A DNA stretch of 64,000 bases, from the NCBI RefSeq assembly GCF_009914755.1, contig NC_060935.1. One strand, given 5' to 3'. Source of the stretch: the human T2T-CHM13v2.0 reference genome, Homo sapiens. Below, piece after piece: positions 63,920 to 64,000 of this stretch (positions are counted from its first letter, which is position 1; every line of letters starts with the position of its first letter). A program made the translations under genes and the position numbers. Below the pieces are notes generated by a model that was not told where the DNA came from, made no database searches, and saw nothing but the letters and a program-made list of their open reading frames with translations.

Positions 63920-64000
63920 GTATTTTATGTGCCAAGGGAGTGATATGGACAGATGTTGGTTCAGTGTCATGCTAAATGTAACATCTTAATTGAGCCACTG

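Overview
Primate (very probably human) genomic DNA, not microbial. It covers the upstream region, CpG-island promoter, coding exons 1-2, all of intron 1 (~29.8 kb) and the start of intron 2 of SWAP70 on the + strand. Most of the window is interspersed repeat: dozens of Alus, plus L1, L2/MIR, MaLR/ERV LTRs and Tigger/hAT DNA transposon remnants. Almost all short ORFs in the track are Alu or L1 translation artefacts. The notable elements are: (1) a full-length, ORF-intact RPL21 retrocopy fused to the tail of an Alu, the pair bracketed by one 16-bp target-site duplication (TSD), ~3.2 kb upstream of SWAP70; (2) a 3'-truncated, tailless 7SK retrocopy with a 14-bp TSD; (3) a ~1.94-kb 17/18-bp palindrome-cored minisatellite whose minus strand has no stop codon in any frame; (4) a ~1.1-kb AT island containing three tandem 28-30-bp perfect palindromes; (5) a perfect 33-bp direct repeat 2.6 kb apart; (6) several small template-switch or duplication scars. 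I cannot support a new biological system here. Repeat subfamily names come from my recall of consensus sequences, and repeat boundaries are approximate.
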